A stretch of DNA of 64,000 bases from the IMG/VR virus record IMGVR_UViG_3300018421_000009; one strand, given 5' to 3'. Source of the DNA: an uncultured virus (IMG/VR IMGVR_UViG_3300018421_000009) (Duplodnaviria > Heunggongvirae > Uroviricota > Caudoviricetes). The first letter of the stretch is position 1, and every line of letters begins with the position of its first letter. Positions 26,774 to 38,400 of the stretch are shown piece after piece. A model generated the notes under the pieces. That model was not told where the DNA came from and made no database searches. It worked only from the letters and a program-made list of their open reading frames with translations. Both the position numbers and the translations under genes were made by a program.

Positions 26774-27235
26774 ATGTCATCTCAGTGGTTTACAGGTCAA
26801 ACAATTACACAAACTATCGAAGATAATCTCGGCGAGCGTTATTTCTACGGGTTACGTAGAACCGACGATGGAGAATTATTTTTAGGTAAACTTGACCAAC
26901 TAAGCCTTAGTGACAATATTGTTATTAATAAGGAAGGTGATCCTGTTGATAACTTTGTTGAGTTTGACGAAGGTGTAGAATTTTTTGAAGGTAGAGATTC
27001 TGCACACAACTTAACTTATAAAAATTTAAATTATGAACAATTTCGTTGGGACGATGCTAATTTATTTTACTATGTAAATGAAGAAGGCGAACTAGTAGTT
27101 AGATTAAATCAAGGTCCAAACGATGGTGCTGTTGTTTATGCTGGTGATACAATTACAGTTACAGATAGTGATAGAGAATGGGATAACACTAACTTAACAA
27201 TGGATAACAACAATATAACATTTGACCAAACATAG
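26774..27235 (+). CDS. Structural protein (paralog of 28725)
   Basis: RYFYGLRR..DGEL.L.K.DQ...EFFEGRD..H...Y.NL.YEQFRWDD. Confidence 0.7.
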   Translation: MSSQWFTGQTITQTIEDNLGERYFYGLRRTDDGELFLGKLDQLSLSDNIVINKEGDPVDNFVEFDEGVEFFEGRDSAHNLTYKNLNYEQFRWDDANLFYYVNEEGELVVRLNQGPNDGAVVYAGDTITVTDSDREWDNTNLTMDNNNITFDQT

Positions 27236-27252
27236 GAGCGTAGGAGTAGCAA

Positions 27253-28713
27253 ATGACAAAACAAACAGTTAACGTAGGAGTGTTGCCCAACGATGGACAA
27301 GGTGATAACCTAAGGGCAGGCGCTACAAAAATTAATAATAACTTTACCGAGTTATACGAAGCATTAGGAGATGGTGATCAACTTTCAGTTGTTAATGAAG
27401 GTGGTGTGTTAAATTCATTTCCTGCAACATCAGTAGGTAACAACAAAGTTACCTTCTTATACGATGCATATGAAGATTTACCTAACCCTACTACCTATGA
27501 TGGTATGTTAGCAAAAGTTAGTGCAGACGGTTGTGTTTACTACGCTCATAACAACTCCTGGACTAAAATGCTAGACACTACATCGGACCTAACTGATATT
27601 GCTGATGTAAGTACTAGTGGCGCAACAGATGGTCAAGCACTAATTTATACAGCCTCAACTCAAACATGGGGCCCAGGAAATGTTGCTACAGACGGCGGCT
27701 CAAGTGCATTTGTTGATTTATCAGATACACCTACAAACTTTTCAGGAGCAGGCGGACAAATTGTTAGAGTAAACTCGGGTGCAACAGCATTAGAATTTAG
27801 CAGTGCAATCACCGCTTCAGAAGTTTCAGGAATTGCTATTAGTGCATTAAGTAACGTTTCATCTTCAGCACCAAGCACAGGTGATGTTCTTAAATGGGAT
27901 GGTGCACAATGGGCACCAGGTGCTGATATTGCATCAGGCGGCTCTGGTTTAGATGCTGACACACTTGACGGATTTGACAGTGCATACTTCTTAAACTATA
28001 GTAACTTTACAAACACTCCAACATTGTTTGGTGGTGCGTTTTTAGATTTGTCAGATACGCCAGCGGCATTTACAGGCGCGGCAAATAGATTTGTTAAAGT
28101 TAATTCAGCAGGTGATGGATTAGAATTTGTTGTAGACCAATCAACAGACCAAAACTTATGGGAAACATTTACAGCAGATACAGGTGCAACAAGTGCCGCT
28201 AGTTTAACAGACTCATTTGCAATTGAAGGCGGAACAGATATTTCAACTGAAATTACTGGAGATGTTTTAACAATTAATTGGACAGGAACTCCAGCACCAA
28301 CTTTAATACAAGAGTTAACTAACGTTAGTGTAGCCAATGCAAGTATTGGTAACGCAATGACGTATAATGGTACAAGTTGGGAGCCAGAAAATGCTCCAAG
28401 TATTACTTGGACAATTGGTGCTAATGGTACATCAGACTACACATTTAGCGGACCTGGATTTCCAACAACAACAAACGATCCTGTACTATATTTGTATAGA
28501 GGTCACAAGTATTATTTTATAAACAACAGTGGTGGCGGCCACCCATTCGAGATTAGAGTTTCAAACGGTGGAGCGGCATACAACACAGGAACAAGTAACA
28601 ACAATGCATCAACGGGTGTTATTGAATTTACAGTTCCAATGAGTGCACCAGCGACATTATATTATCAATGTTCAGCACACAGCAACATGGGTAATGTTAT
28701 TAATATTGTGTAA
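27253..28713 (+). CDS. T4 gp9/gp10-like baseplate/fibre protein with C-terminal cupredoxin-like domain
   Basis: KQTVNVG..PNDGQGDNLRAGATKINNNFTELY N-terminus; L.DLSD(T/V) repeats; GHPF...LYYQCSAHSNMG. Confidence 0.75.
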   Translation: MTKQTVNVGVLPNDGQGDNLRAGATKINNNFTELYEALGDGDQLSVVNEGGVLNSFPATSVGNNKVTFLYDAYEDLPNPTTYDGMLAKVSADGCVYYAHNNSWTKMLDTTSDLTDIADVSTSGATDGQALIYTASTQTWGPGNVATDGGSSAFVDLSDTPTNFSGAGGQIVRVNSGATALEFSSAITASEVSGIAISALSNVSSSAPSTGDVLKWDGAQWAPGADIASGGSGLDADTLDGFDSAYFLNYSNFTNTPTLFGGAFLDLSDTPAAFTGAANRFVKVNSAGDGLEFVVDQSTDQNLWETFTADTGATSAASLTDSFAIEGGTDISTEITGDVLTINWTGTPAPTLIQELTNVSVANASIGNAMTYNGTSWEPENAPSITWTIGANGTSDYTFSGPGFPTTTNDPVLYLYRGHKYYFINNSGGGHPFEIRVSNGGAAYNTGTSNNNASTGVIEFTVPMSAPATLYYQCSAHSNMGNVINIV

Positions 28714-28724
28714 GGAAATAGAAA

Positions 28725-29093
28725 ATGGCTAGTTTTTATCAAGGTACAGAAGCAGGAACACTACTAAAAACCGTAAAAGGTAGTAGATACTTTTATGGTC
28801 TAAGACGCAGTGAAGACGGCGAATTATATCTTGTAAAGTCAGACCAAATGAAAAGTTCGGATGGTGTGCAAGTAAACAGACCTGGCGATCCTACACAGAA
28901 CTATCCAGACTTTCAAAGAGGTATTGAATTCTTTGAAGGTAGAGATGAAGAACACGTTACAACATATGAAAACTTAAGATATGAGCAGTTTAGATGGGAC
29001 GACAGAAATTTAGTTTATTATGTTGATGATGAAGGAAACTTAGTTATTAGAATAAACCAAGAATATGATTATCCTGAGGGGGTATCACCATAA
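28725..29093 (+). CDS. Structural protein (paralog of 26774)
   Basis: Same RYFYGLRR...YEQFRWDD motif set. Confidence 0.7.
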   Translation: MASFYQGTEAGTLLKTVKGSRYFYGLRRSEDGELYLVKSDQMKSSDGVQVNRPGDPTQNYPDFQRGIEFFEGRDEEHVTTYENLRYEQFRWDDRNLVYYVDDEGNLVIRINQEYDYPEGVSP

Positions 29094-29132
29094 TGGTTAA
29101 ATACAACAACAAAGCAGGAAACGGGAAAGTAA

Positions 29133-32100
29133 ATGGCTGAATTTAAATTAGATCGAATTAGGTTTAGATGGACAGGCGTATGGTCTGCTTCTAAGCAATA
29201 TATTAAAGACGACATTGTTTCATACGGTGGTAAAACATTTGTTTGTTTAAACGGACATACATCAGACCCGGATTTTTATATTGATTATCTAAATCAAGAC
29301 CTACCTAAATGGACACAGATGACAGATGGTTATCAGTGGGTAGATCAGTGGACACCTGGAACATATTACAAAGTTAACGACATGGTTCGTTATGGTGGAC
29401 AAGTTTACTCTGCTATTGTTGGCCATACTTCTGATGAGTATGTTCTTCCTGATACTGCAACTACGCTTCCTATTACTATCGGTTACGATACAGGCGAAAA
29501 CAGAGCAGACGGGTTTTCACAATCAAGCACTGGTGCAATTTACGTAGCAAATTTTGAAAGAAACAAGTTTACACTGCGTAAAGGTCATTCATATTATTTC
29601 GATCAAACAGATACTACTAATGCTACATTTGGCGGTCAAGAACATCCGTTAGCATTTAGTTTATACGAAGACGGTATTAATGCTGATACTCCGCTTGTAG
29701 ATTATTACACTAATGGAATTCAATATTTCTTAGATGGTGCAGAAGTAACAGACGCAGGCTATGTTGCAGGATTTGGAGCGGCAAGTTCACGTCAAATTAG
29801 ATGGACTGTTCCGGAAAATGCACCTGATAAACTTTATTACTTTGATAGAACTGTTAACAGCACAGGTAAAGGTGCATATTTTAACATTGAAACACCTGGA
29901 CAAATTGGAACTAACGATTTTGGTAACTGGAAATTAGTTGCTTCAGATCAAAACTGGAGATACGAATGGTTACCACAAGTTATTTACAGAATTGGTGATG
30001 TTGTAAAATATAACGGTATTCTTTATCAATGTAAAACTGAACATACATCATCAACTACAGTTACAGGTCTTGAACTTGATGTTGCTAAATGGGAAATTGT
30101 AACACGATCAGATGATTGGCGCAAAGATTGGCAACCGAGAACACGTTATAGACAAGACGATTTAGTACGCTATGGCGGTATTGTTTATAGATGTCTAATT
30201 GGCCACCAAAGTGCTAACGACGATGCACTTGGTCTAGAAGCAGACATGGACGGTACTCCTAAGTGGCAAGTTTTCCTTAGTGGTATTGAATACAAAGGTC
30301 ATTGGGTAGGAAGTGCTACAGGAGTTACTGAAGGAATTGACACAGGTGTTATTACAATAACAAGTCATGTTTGGCAAGATGGTGACATTGTACAATATAC
30401 TACCGACGGCACTGCGGCTACTAACTTAACTAATAACACTTACTACTATGTTAGCCTAGTTGACGGCAACAATTTTAAATTACATAGATCAAGAACGGAT
30501 GCACTTGCACAAAGAAATCCAATAAATGCAGACGGTGGAACTGGAAATCAAAGTTTCACTAGACACTACCTATATAAACAAGGTGATATTGTACGCTTCG
30601 GACCTACATTGTGGTATTGTAATACAAGTCATGCGGCAGGTGCAGTTTTTGCAGAAAGTTTCTTTAACATTTGGCTTCCAGGTTATGAATACGAAACTCT
30701 TTGGAATGAAAATGAAATCTATCAACCAGGTGATATTGTTAAGTATGGCGGATATAGTTATACATCTTTAACAATTAATACAAACAGTGTTCCAAGTATT
30801 AACGGTATTACACAAGATACAGGTGATTGGGAATTACTAACACAAGGTTATAGAATGGGTGGGCAGATTAATCAAAACCCAGACGTTCAAGAAGAGGCAT
30901 CTTATTGGGATCAGGCTGTAGCATATAAAACAGGTGACGTAGTACGCTTTGGTGGTTACTTGTACATTTCTTTAAGAGATAATATTGGTGCAGAGCCCGA
31001 CGATCAAGTAGAAACAGTTAATGTTGCAATCACTGTTGGTAACACAGGAAACGGAAATCATTATTTTGTTAACGGTGTTGAAGATGGTGATATTAACTTC
31101 TATGAAGCGAACACATATATAATTGATCAAAGTGATAGTTCTAATGATACGCACCCATTGTATATTAGTACAACAGTTGACGGTCATCATGATGGCGGAA
31201 ACTACAATGAACCCGACAACGGTGTAACATACTGGTTAGACGGTGTACAAGTTGCAGATAGAGCGGCATATGTAGCAGGTTTTGCAGGAGCAACTACTAG
31301 ACAAGTAATTTACCTTGTACCACGCGATGCTTACAAAGCAAACTATTTTGTTTGTGCGGCACATTCGGGAATGTATGATGGTACCGTTACAACAATTTAT
31401 TCTAATAACTATTGGCAAACATTAATTGACGGTGACAGATTTAGAGGTAACTGGTCAGAAACTGTTATAGTAAATGCGGCACCGGCTGTTAACAATTATT
31501 TCTTAGGAGATATAGTAACATACGCAGGTACATTGTATCGCTGTATTAAAAGACATACATCATCTCAATCAGGAACAAGACCAGATTTAGATCAAGATTA
31601 CACACAAGATAATTTCTGGATTCCAGTTATTGAAGGCGGTAACACTAACGTCTTACAATATAGAGGCGATATGCGAACACACGACGGAACAGATCCGGTA
31701 CGCCTTGGTATTAATGATGCAGGTGATGCTCTTAAAGTAATGCTTGATGATTCGCTAGACTGGGAAGCATTAGAAAAAACTGAAAATGTTTTCTTTGTTT
31801 CACCAGACGGTATTGATTCAACTGCACCCGGTAGAGGTCTATCGCAGACATCTCCATTTAAAACAATTAAGTATGCGTGTAACTACATCTTTGAAGATGA
31901 AGGCACGAGAGCACCAGCAACAATTTTAGTTAAAACAGGGCGTTATAAAGAAGTATGTCCTATTAGTGTACCAGCAGGCGTTGCTATTGTTGGCGATGAA
32001 CTACGTTCAACATTTATTGAGCCAACCCCTGAAACAACTGATCAAGATATGTTCCGTGTTAGAAACGGTTGCGGTATTAGAAACATGACATTATCGGGAT

Positions 32101-35100
32101 TAGTAGGTGAGTTAACTGATCCAGATGAGTACTTAATTAAGCGTGTAGACGCAGGGGCTTTCGTAGCACTTGATCCAGGTGATGGCCCAGATGATGAAAG
32201 TGTTTGGATTACAAATAAATCAACCTATGTACAAAACGTAACAACGTTTGGTCAAGGGTGTATTGGTATGAAGGTCGACGGCGACCTACACAACGGTGGT
32301 AATAAATCTATTGTTGCTAACGACTTTACACAAATTATTCAAGACGGTATCGGATACTGGTGTAACGGTGACGGCTTATCAGAACTTGTATCTGTGTTTA
32401 CATATTATTGTTACATTGGTTACTTGTGTACGCATGGTGGTAAAGTTCGTGCAACAAACGGTAACAACTCATATGGTGAATACGGGTCTGTTGCTATTGG
32501 ATTTAATCAAAACGAAACTCCAATTACTGCTAAAGTAGACAACTATTCCAAAGAAGCAGAAGTTGCAGAAGTTTACAACGACGAAAGCAAATTATTTGCT
32601 GTAGGTTACAGTAACACAGGTAAGCATTACACCACAGGTACAGTAACAATTACTGGTTCTGGTGCAGGTGCCGCTGGTAAAATTACTGAAACTAGACAAG
32701 GCTCTGTAACAGAAATTAGAATTACTGATCCGGGCGATTCATCAATTGCAGGTGGCGGCGACTATACCTATGCTAACAATAGAGCACAAGGTGGCGGCGT
32801 AGATTATATTCAAATTGCCAACCAAGATGTTAACAATGAAGACTACTACTTAAACAAACAAATTACTATTATCGAAGGTGAAGGTCGCGGACAATATGCC
32901 TATATTACAAGTTATAACTGGCTTATTGGTGGTGTTACACAATTAACTAGAACTAGTGCGGACGATCTTACATTGATTCCTGGAAGTTATCCAGGTGTGG
33001 TTGGTATTAGCAGTGATGCCGATGCACAAGAACCAACAATAACAGTTACTATTGATGCACAAGGTGCCGCAACAGCAGTTATTACTGCCCCGGGTAAGTT
33101 TAACAACGAAGGCGATATTATAACAGTTTTACCTACACAGGTTGGAAACTCAGGTAACCCTATTACATTCGAGGTCACAGGAAGAACAACAGGTGATAAA
33201 ACCGTAACAGTCGCAAGACCAATTGACGGCGAGCCTGGCTGGCAACATTATTTGCCAGGAGAACCTATTGCTACTGTACTAGATGAAACTACACGTTACG
33301 AAATTACTCCAAGATTAGTATTTGACTCTCCGTCATTTACACAAAACAGTGCTTCACTAGATGTAGGAAGTAATATCAAAGACACAGCATATCAAACAGT
33401 AAATGGTACTACATATTCAGTTGTTGTAGGTACAAATACTATTTCTTATAGCACAGACGGAACACAATTTACTAATGCAAGTAACTATACAGATTTAAAT
33501 TATGTTTCGGTTGCTCCAACAGCAACAGGATTTATGGCAATCGACGGCAACGGTAGAATTAAAATTTCAGGAGATGCAACAAACTGGGGAGATGCTGGTG
33601 CTAACTTGTTAGGTGAAGGTTTAACATTTACAAAAGTTGCATACGGTAAAGCACACGATGATACAAGTACTAACATTGCTATTGCTTCAGGAACATCAAA
33701 TGTTTATGTTACAACAAACGGTGGATCGAGTTGGAACACAGTTAATGCAGGCGTAAGTAATGCACAGTTTATTGCATTTGGTAATAACAAATGGGTAGTT
33801 GCTAACGAGTCGGGAGATACTTGGGAAAGTATCGACAATGGTAACACTTGGACAGCAGGAACTAACATTGGTGATGTACAACACGATGTTTGTGATTTAT
33901 GTTTTGGTAATGGACGCTTTGTAGCATCTTGTTATGACTCTCCAAATGATATTTCAACTGTAAACAATAAATTTTTCTACAGTTTTACTGATTCCTCAAC
34001 AGCAAGTGGTAATACAACTTGGCTTCCAGGATCTGATACAAACGTTGCAGACAATGTTTACATTAACTATGCTCAAGGTACTTTCTTAGGTGTAACTGAA
34101 AGTGGAAGTGTTATCCAGTCAGACGATGGTGTTTATTGGTCTGACAGAATTGCACTAAGCGGAACGTTTACAGGTATGGGGCATGGTTGGACGCAAGACG
34201 GTCCGGTGTTTTATCCGTTCACTGACGATTCAGTTTCATCAATTGAATATATTACTTGTGGTGCTACAACAAGAGCAACACCTGTAATTGGCACCGGAAG
34301 AATACAAAGTTTCTTGATCCAAGAACCAGGTTCGGGTTACGGAACTAATCCACCGAATCTAACTATTATTGATCCGGATATTTCAAAGGCTGTTACATAT
34401 GATGTTCGAATGGCAAATGGTACTGTAGGACAGATTGAATTTAGTAACAGAGGTACAGGATACATTAACATTGGTGTAACTATCACAGGTGATGGTTACG
34501 CAGATCTATATCAATTAGGGACAAGTTTAGTTGTTAAAAATCTAACACGTGAACCAGGACCTGGTGATAACTTATATATTTCTGGTATTAACGATGCGTA
34601 TTATGCTGTTCAACAAATAAACGATGTTACTGGAACTGTTGGAAACTTACAAGCAACATTAACTATTACTCCAGCATTAGATAGAGCAGAAACACCAGAA
34701 CACGAAACTGATTTAACAATTAGACAAAAATATTCGCAGGTACGTCTAACAGGTCATGACTTCCTAGAAATTGGTAAAGGTAACTTATATACTTCACAGT
34801 ATCCATTGTTAACTCCAATTGAAGGTTATGACGTAAGAGACTTCCAAGAAACAGAAAATGCTGGTGGTGGTAGAGTATTCTATACGTCCACTGACCAGGA
34901 TGGTAACTTTAGAGTTGGTGAACTGTTTAAAGTTGAACAGTCAACAGGTATTGTATCGCTAAATGCTTCTTACTTCGAACTAGAAGGTTTGACAGAACTA
35001 AGATTAGGCGGTGTTACACTTGGTGGAACAAATGCTCTTATTAGAGAATTTAGTACAGATCCAACTTTTGCGGCAAACTCAAATGAAATTGTACCAACAC

Positions 35101-35372
35101 AGAAAGCGATTGCTGGATACGTAGATAGTAGAATTTCAGGCGGTGGAACAAATGTTAACGTTAACGCTGTAATTGCTGGTGAAGTTAGAATTCAAGGTAA
35201 TAATATTACTTCTGAAGCAAACAGAGCCATTAATATTAACACACAAATGAACTTCCAGAAGCCGATCGATGGCGATATGGCGGCTATGGCGTTCTTTACA
35301 GGAGCCACAAACTTTGGCTTAGTTGATGAGGGGGATCCTACAACTCCACAAGAGATGGGAGCAGGGAAATAA
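29133..35372 (+). CDS. Giant virion protein (2079 aa): CBM5/12-like W...Y...D.V.YGG repeats, cupredoxin-like, beta-helix and BNR/Asp-box propeller regions
   Basis: Repeated W.....Y...D.V.YGG..Y.C...HTS; S.DG..W / T.NGG.SW Asp-box motifs; paralog of 35415. Confidence 0.75.
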   Translation: MAEFKLDRIRFRWTGVWSASKQYIKDDIVSYGGKTFVCLNGHTSDPDFYIDYLNQDLPKWTQMTDGYQWVDQWTPGTYYKVNDMVRYGGQVYSAIVGHTSDEYVLPDTATTLPITIGYDTGENRADGFSQSSTGAIYVANFERNKFTLRKGHSYYFDQTDTTNATFGGQEHPLAFSLYEDGINADTPLVDYYTNGIQYFLDGAEVTDAGYVAGFGAASSRQIRWTVPENAPDKLYYFDRTVNSTGKGAYFNIETPGQIGTNDFGNWKLVASDQNWRYEWLPQVIYRIGDVVKYNGILYQCKTEHTSSTTVTGLELDVAKWEIVTRSDDWRKDWQPRTRYRQDDLVRYGGIVYRCLIGHQSANDDALGLEADMDGTPKWQVFLSGIEYKGHWVGSATGVTEGIDTGVITITSHVWQDGDIVQYTTDGTAATNLTNNTYYYVSLVDGNNFKLHRSRTDALAQRNPINADGGTGNQSFTRHYLYKQGDIVRFGPTLWYCNTSHAAGAVFAESFFNIWLPGYEYETLWNENEIYQPGDIVKYGGYSYTSLTINTNSVPSINGITQDTGDWELLTQGYRMGGQINQNPDVQEEASYWDQAVAYKTGDVVRFGGYLYISLRDNIGAEPDDQVETVNVAITVGNTGNGNHYFVNGVEDGDINFYEANTYIIDQSDSSNDTHPLYISTTVDGHHDGGNYNEPDNGVTYWLDGVQVADRAAYVAGFAGATTRQVIYLVPRDAYKANYFVCAAHSGMYDGTVTTIYSNNYWQTLIDGDRFRGNWSETVIVNAAPAVNNYFLGDIVTYAGTLYRCIKRHTSSQSGTRPDLDQDYTQDNFWIPVIEGGNTNVLQYRGDMRTHDGTDPVRLGINDAGDALKVMLDDSLDWEALEKTENVFFVSPDGIDSTAPGRGLSQTSPFKTIKYACNYIFEDEGTRAPATILVKTGRYKEVCPISVPAGVAIVGDELRSTFIEPTPETTDQDMFRVRNGCGIRNMTLSGLVGELTDPDEYLIKRVDAGAFVALDPGDGPDDESVWITNKSTYVQNVTTFGQGCIGMKVDGDLHNGGNKSIVANDFTQIIQDGIGYWCNGDGLSELVSVFTYYCYIGYLCTHGGKVRATNGNNSYGEYGSVAIGFNQNETPITAKVDNYSKEAEVAEVYNDESKLFAVGYSNTGKHYTTGTVTITGSGAGAAGKITETRQGSVTEIRITDPGDSSIAGGGDYTYANNRAQGGGVDYIQIANQDVNNEDYYLNKQITIIEGEGRGQYAYITSYNWLIGGVTQLTRTSADDLTLIPGSYPGVVGISSDADAQEPTITVTIDAQGAATAVITAPGKFNNEGDIITVLPTQVGNSGNPITFEVTGRTTGDKTVTVARPIDGEPGWQHYLPGEPIATVLDETTRYEITPRLVFDSPSFTQNSASLDVGSNIKDTAYQTVNGTTYSVVVGTNTISYSTDGTQFTNASNYTDLNYVSVAPTATGFMAIDGNGRIKISGDATNWGDAGANLLGEGLTFTKVAYGKAHDDTSTNIAIASGTSNVYVTTNGGSSWNTVNAGVSNAQFIAFGNNKWVVANESGDTWESIDNGNTWTAGTNIGDVQHDVCDLCFGNGRFVASCYDSPNDISTVNNKFFYSFTDSSTASGNTTWLPGSDTNVADNVYINYAQGTFLGVTESGSVIQSDDGVYWSDRIALSGTFTGMGHGWTQDGPVFYPFTDDSVSSIEYITCGATTRATPVIGTGRIQSFLIQEPGSGYGTNPPNLTIIDPDISKAVTYDVRMANGTVGQIEFSNRGTGYINIGVTITGDGYADLYQLGTSLVVKNLTREPGPGDNLYISGINDAYYAVQQINDVTGTVGNLQATLTITPALDRAETPEHETDLTIRQKYSQVRLTGHDFLEIGKGNLYTSQYPLLTPIEGYDVRDFQETENAGGGRVFYTSTDQDGNFRVGELFKVEQSTGIVSLNASYFELEGLTELRLGGVTLGGTNALIREFSTDPTFAANSNEIVPTQKAIAGYVDSRISGGGTNVNVNAVIAGEVRIQGNNITSEANRAININTQMNFQKPIDGDMAAMAFFTGATNFGLVDEGDPTTPQEMGAGK

Positions 35373-35414
35373 CAGATATGATAAATAGTATTAACACAAG
35401 GTTAGGAACTAAAA

Positions 35415-38400
35415 ATGGCTGAGTTTAAACTAGGTAGAATTAGATTTATTTGGAAGGGTGCATGGACATCCGCTAAACAATATTATAAAGACGATGTAGT
35501 TCGCTATGGTGGACGCACATACATTGTTAATGCAGGCCATATCAGTTCTAACACATTTACAACAGATATTGCAAATTTTGACCTATTAGCAGACGGTACT
35601 GAATGGAAGGGCGATTGGGCACTTACTACAGTATACAAGCCAAACGATATTGTAAAATACGGTGGCTACTTATATGTTTGTAATACAGGTCATACATCAG
35701 CGTCAACTGAAGCAGATGGTCTTGAACTAGATCAAACCAAATGGGATTTATTTGCAGAAGGGTTTGATTGGCAAGGCGAATGGGGTGTTAGTACACGTTA
35801 TAAAGTTAATGACATTGTTCGTTATGGTGGTGTTATGTACTTGTGTACAGAAGCACACACATCAGCGGCAGACCTTGCAGACGGTTTAGAATTAGACGAA
35901 ACTAAGTGGGATATTTTTGCCAACGGCATGACATGGCGTAATGTTTGGACAGCAACTTCTCGTTATAGAACAGGTGATGTTGTTCGTTATGGTGGCCAAG
36001 TTTATGTTTGTAATACAGGACACACTGCCGCGGACACTGATGCATTAGGTTTAGAAGACGATCAAGCAAAATGGGATTATGTACACAAAGGTATTGTATA
36101 CTTAGGTGATTGGACAACTTCAACACGTTATAAAATTAATGACGTTGTTAAGTATGGTTCAGATATTTGGATTTGTACAGCATTTCATACTTCAGGTGCA
36201 ACACTTGCGGCTGATGAAGCAAACTGGTCAATCTTTGTACCAGGATTAGAATTTGAAGATAGTTGGCAGAACAATGTAAACTATCAACCAGGCGATGTTG
36301 TAACATACGGTGGTTACTCTTATGTTGCTATCACAAACAACTACGGACAAATTCCTTTTAATAATCCAACACATTGGGATTTGTTTACAACAGGATTTAC
36401 ATTCCGAGGCGACTACGACAACAACTATGCATACAAGATTGGTGATGTTGTTCGCTTAGGCGGTTGGACATTTATTGCACTCGCAGACGGTACAGGTAAC
36501 CGTCCACCAGATGCAGTTTATTGGGACAAATTAAATGAAGGATTGTACTGGAAAGGTGCATGGCAAAACGCTGTCTACTACGACAAAGGTGACGTTGTTA
36601 GAGGTATTAACGACGTAAACTCATATGTTTGTATCGCTCCTCATACATCAGAACAAGTTGGTGCAGGACAAAACAGACCAGATCAAGACATTGCAGGTAA
36701 CTTTTGGAACTTATTAAGTGGCGGCGCTGAAGTTGGTAACTTAACTACACTAGGTGATTTAGTTTACTACAGTGGTTCAGGTCCTACTAGACTACCAGTT
36801 GGTTCACCAGGACAAGTATTAAAAGTTAATTCGGCAGGTAATGCTCCTGAATGGGCATACTTTGGTCAGTTAGATGCAGTGTATTATGTTTCACCAGAAG
36901 GTGAAGATAATGATGCTCCAGCGGCTGGTGTTACATTAGATAAACCATTTAAAACTGTACAGTTTGGTCTACAACAGATTGAAAAAGGCGCAAGAAATCC
37001 TTACGCAACACGACTTCTAAGACGAAACAAAGCATTTATTGTTGCTGAAACTATTGCTTGGGTTGACACACAGGTTATTAATTCAAGTGCTCCGTTTACA
37101 GGCTCGTTTACATATACAGCAAGTAACTGGAAAAGAGATTTACGTTTCTTACTTGACGCAGTTGAATGGGATTTAAGCCACGGTGGTAATAGAAAAGTAA
37201 GACAAGTTGCTTATGATTTTTTCCGAGTAAATTCATCAAGTTCTTATGTAACTGTTGACGGAATTACAGCAGAATTTGCGGCGACACTAGCATACATTAA
37301 AACTTTAATTGATGATGTTATTACACAAGACACTCCGGCAACTGATTATCAAACTGCAAGAAGCGTTTCGCCATTAACATTACAGGTCACTGATTCTACT
37401 ATAGTAGAAGAAGCGGCCGCTCAAGGAATTATTGAAAATTTAATTGAAATTCCAAGAGCCGCACTTGCTTCAAACAGTGCAACAAGTACAAACTTTACTG
37501 TAAGTGATGCAACATATGATCCAATTGAAGGTACACTAGAAATGACAATTGGTAATCACAGTTTAGCAATTAATCAAAAAGTTATTTTAAGAGATCAAGG
37601 TATTACATTTACTTGTGCTTCTGATAACCATGCTACACCACTTGCATATCCAAGAGCAACTGACCCTGCTTATAGCACTCCGTTGTCAATTATTGGAACA
37701 ACAGATATTAAAATTACAGTAAACGTTGGTCCTAGTCCAGAAACTTCAGAACACTTGTTTGTAAGTGCATTAACAAATACAGTTTCACTAGCAACCGGCG
37801 GCGGCATTCCAGCAGAGATTGTTGCAAATGATACATTATTCTTAAAAACAGGACAATTTACAGAAGTATTACCGATGGTAATTCCAGAAAGTTGTGCTGT
37901 TGTTGGTGACGAATTACGTTCAACAAGAGTTCAACCAGCAGGTTCACTAATTGCTTCAGCAGATGTTCCATACTCACTAGCGGGTATTTTACATATGAAG
38001 TCAATCGTTGATGATATTATTTTAAACAATACTGTTACAGCACAATCAGGTAACACAGTAACACAAAACACAGCATATCCAGCAGGTGATGCGGCGGCAG
38101 TTACTAAAGCAGAAGGTGTTTGTGATGCAATACATAATTACATCGATTGGAATTTAAATTCAAACGGCACTAATCCTACTATGGAAGGTCAAATGAGTCC
38201 CAACAAGGAAGATGGTGTTGTTAATGCTGTACTAAGACTTGAAGAAAACAAAGACTTTATTGCAGAAGACGTAAACAGATATATTATTGCTACATATCCT
38301 GCATACACAGATTATATTTCAGGACCTAATGCGGCGGCATTACAAGCAAGTTGTAAGCGTGACGTAAGACGTTACGTTGAAGCAATTCAACATGACATTG

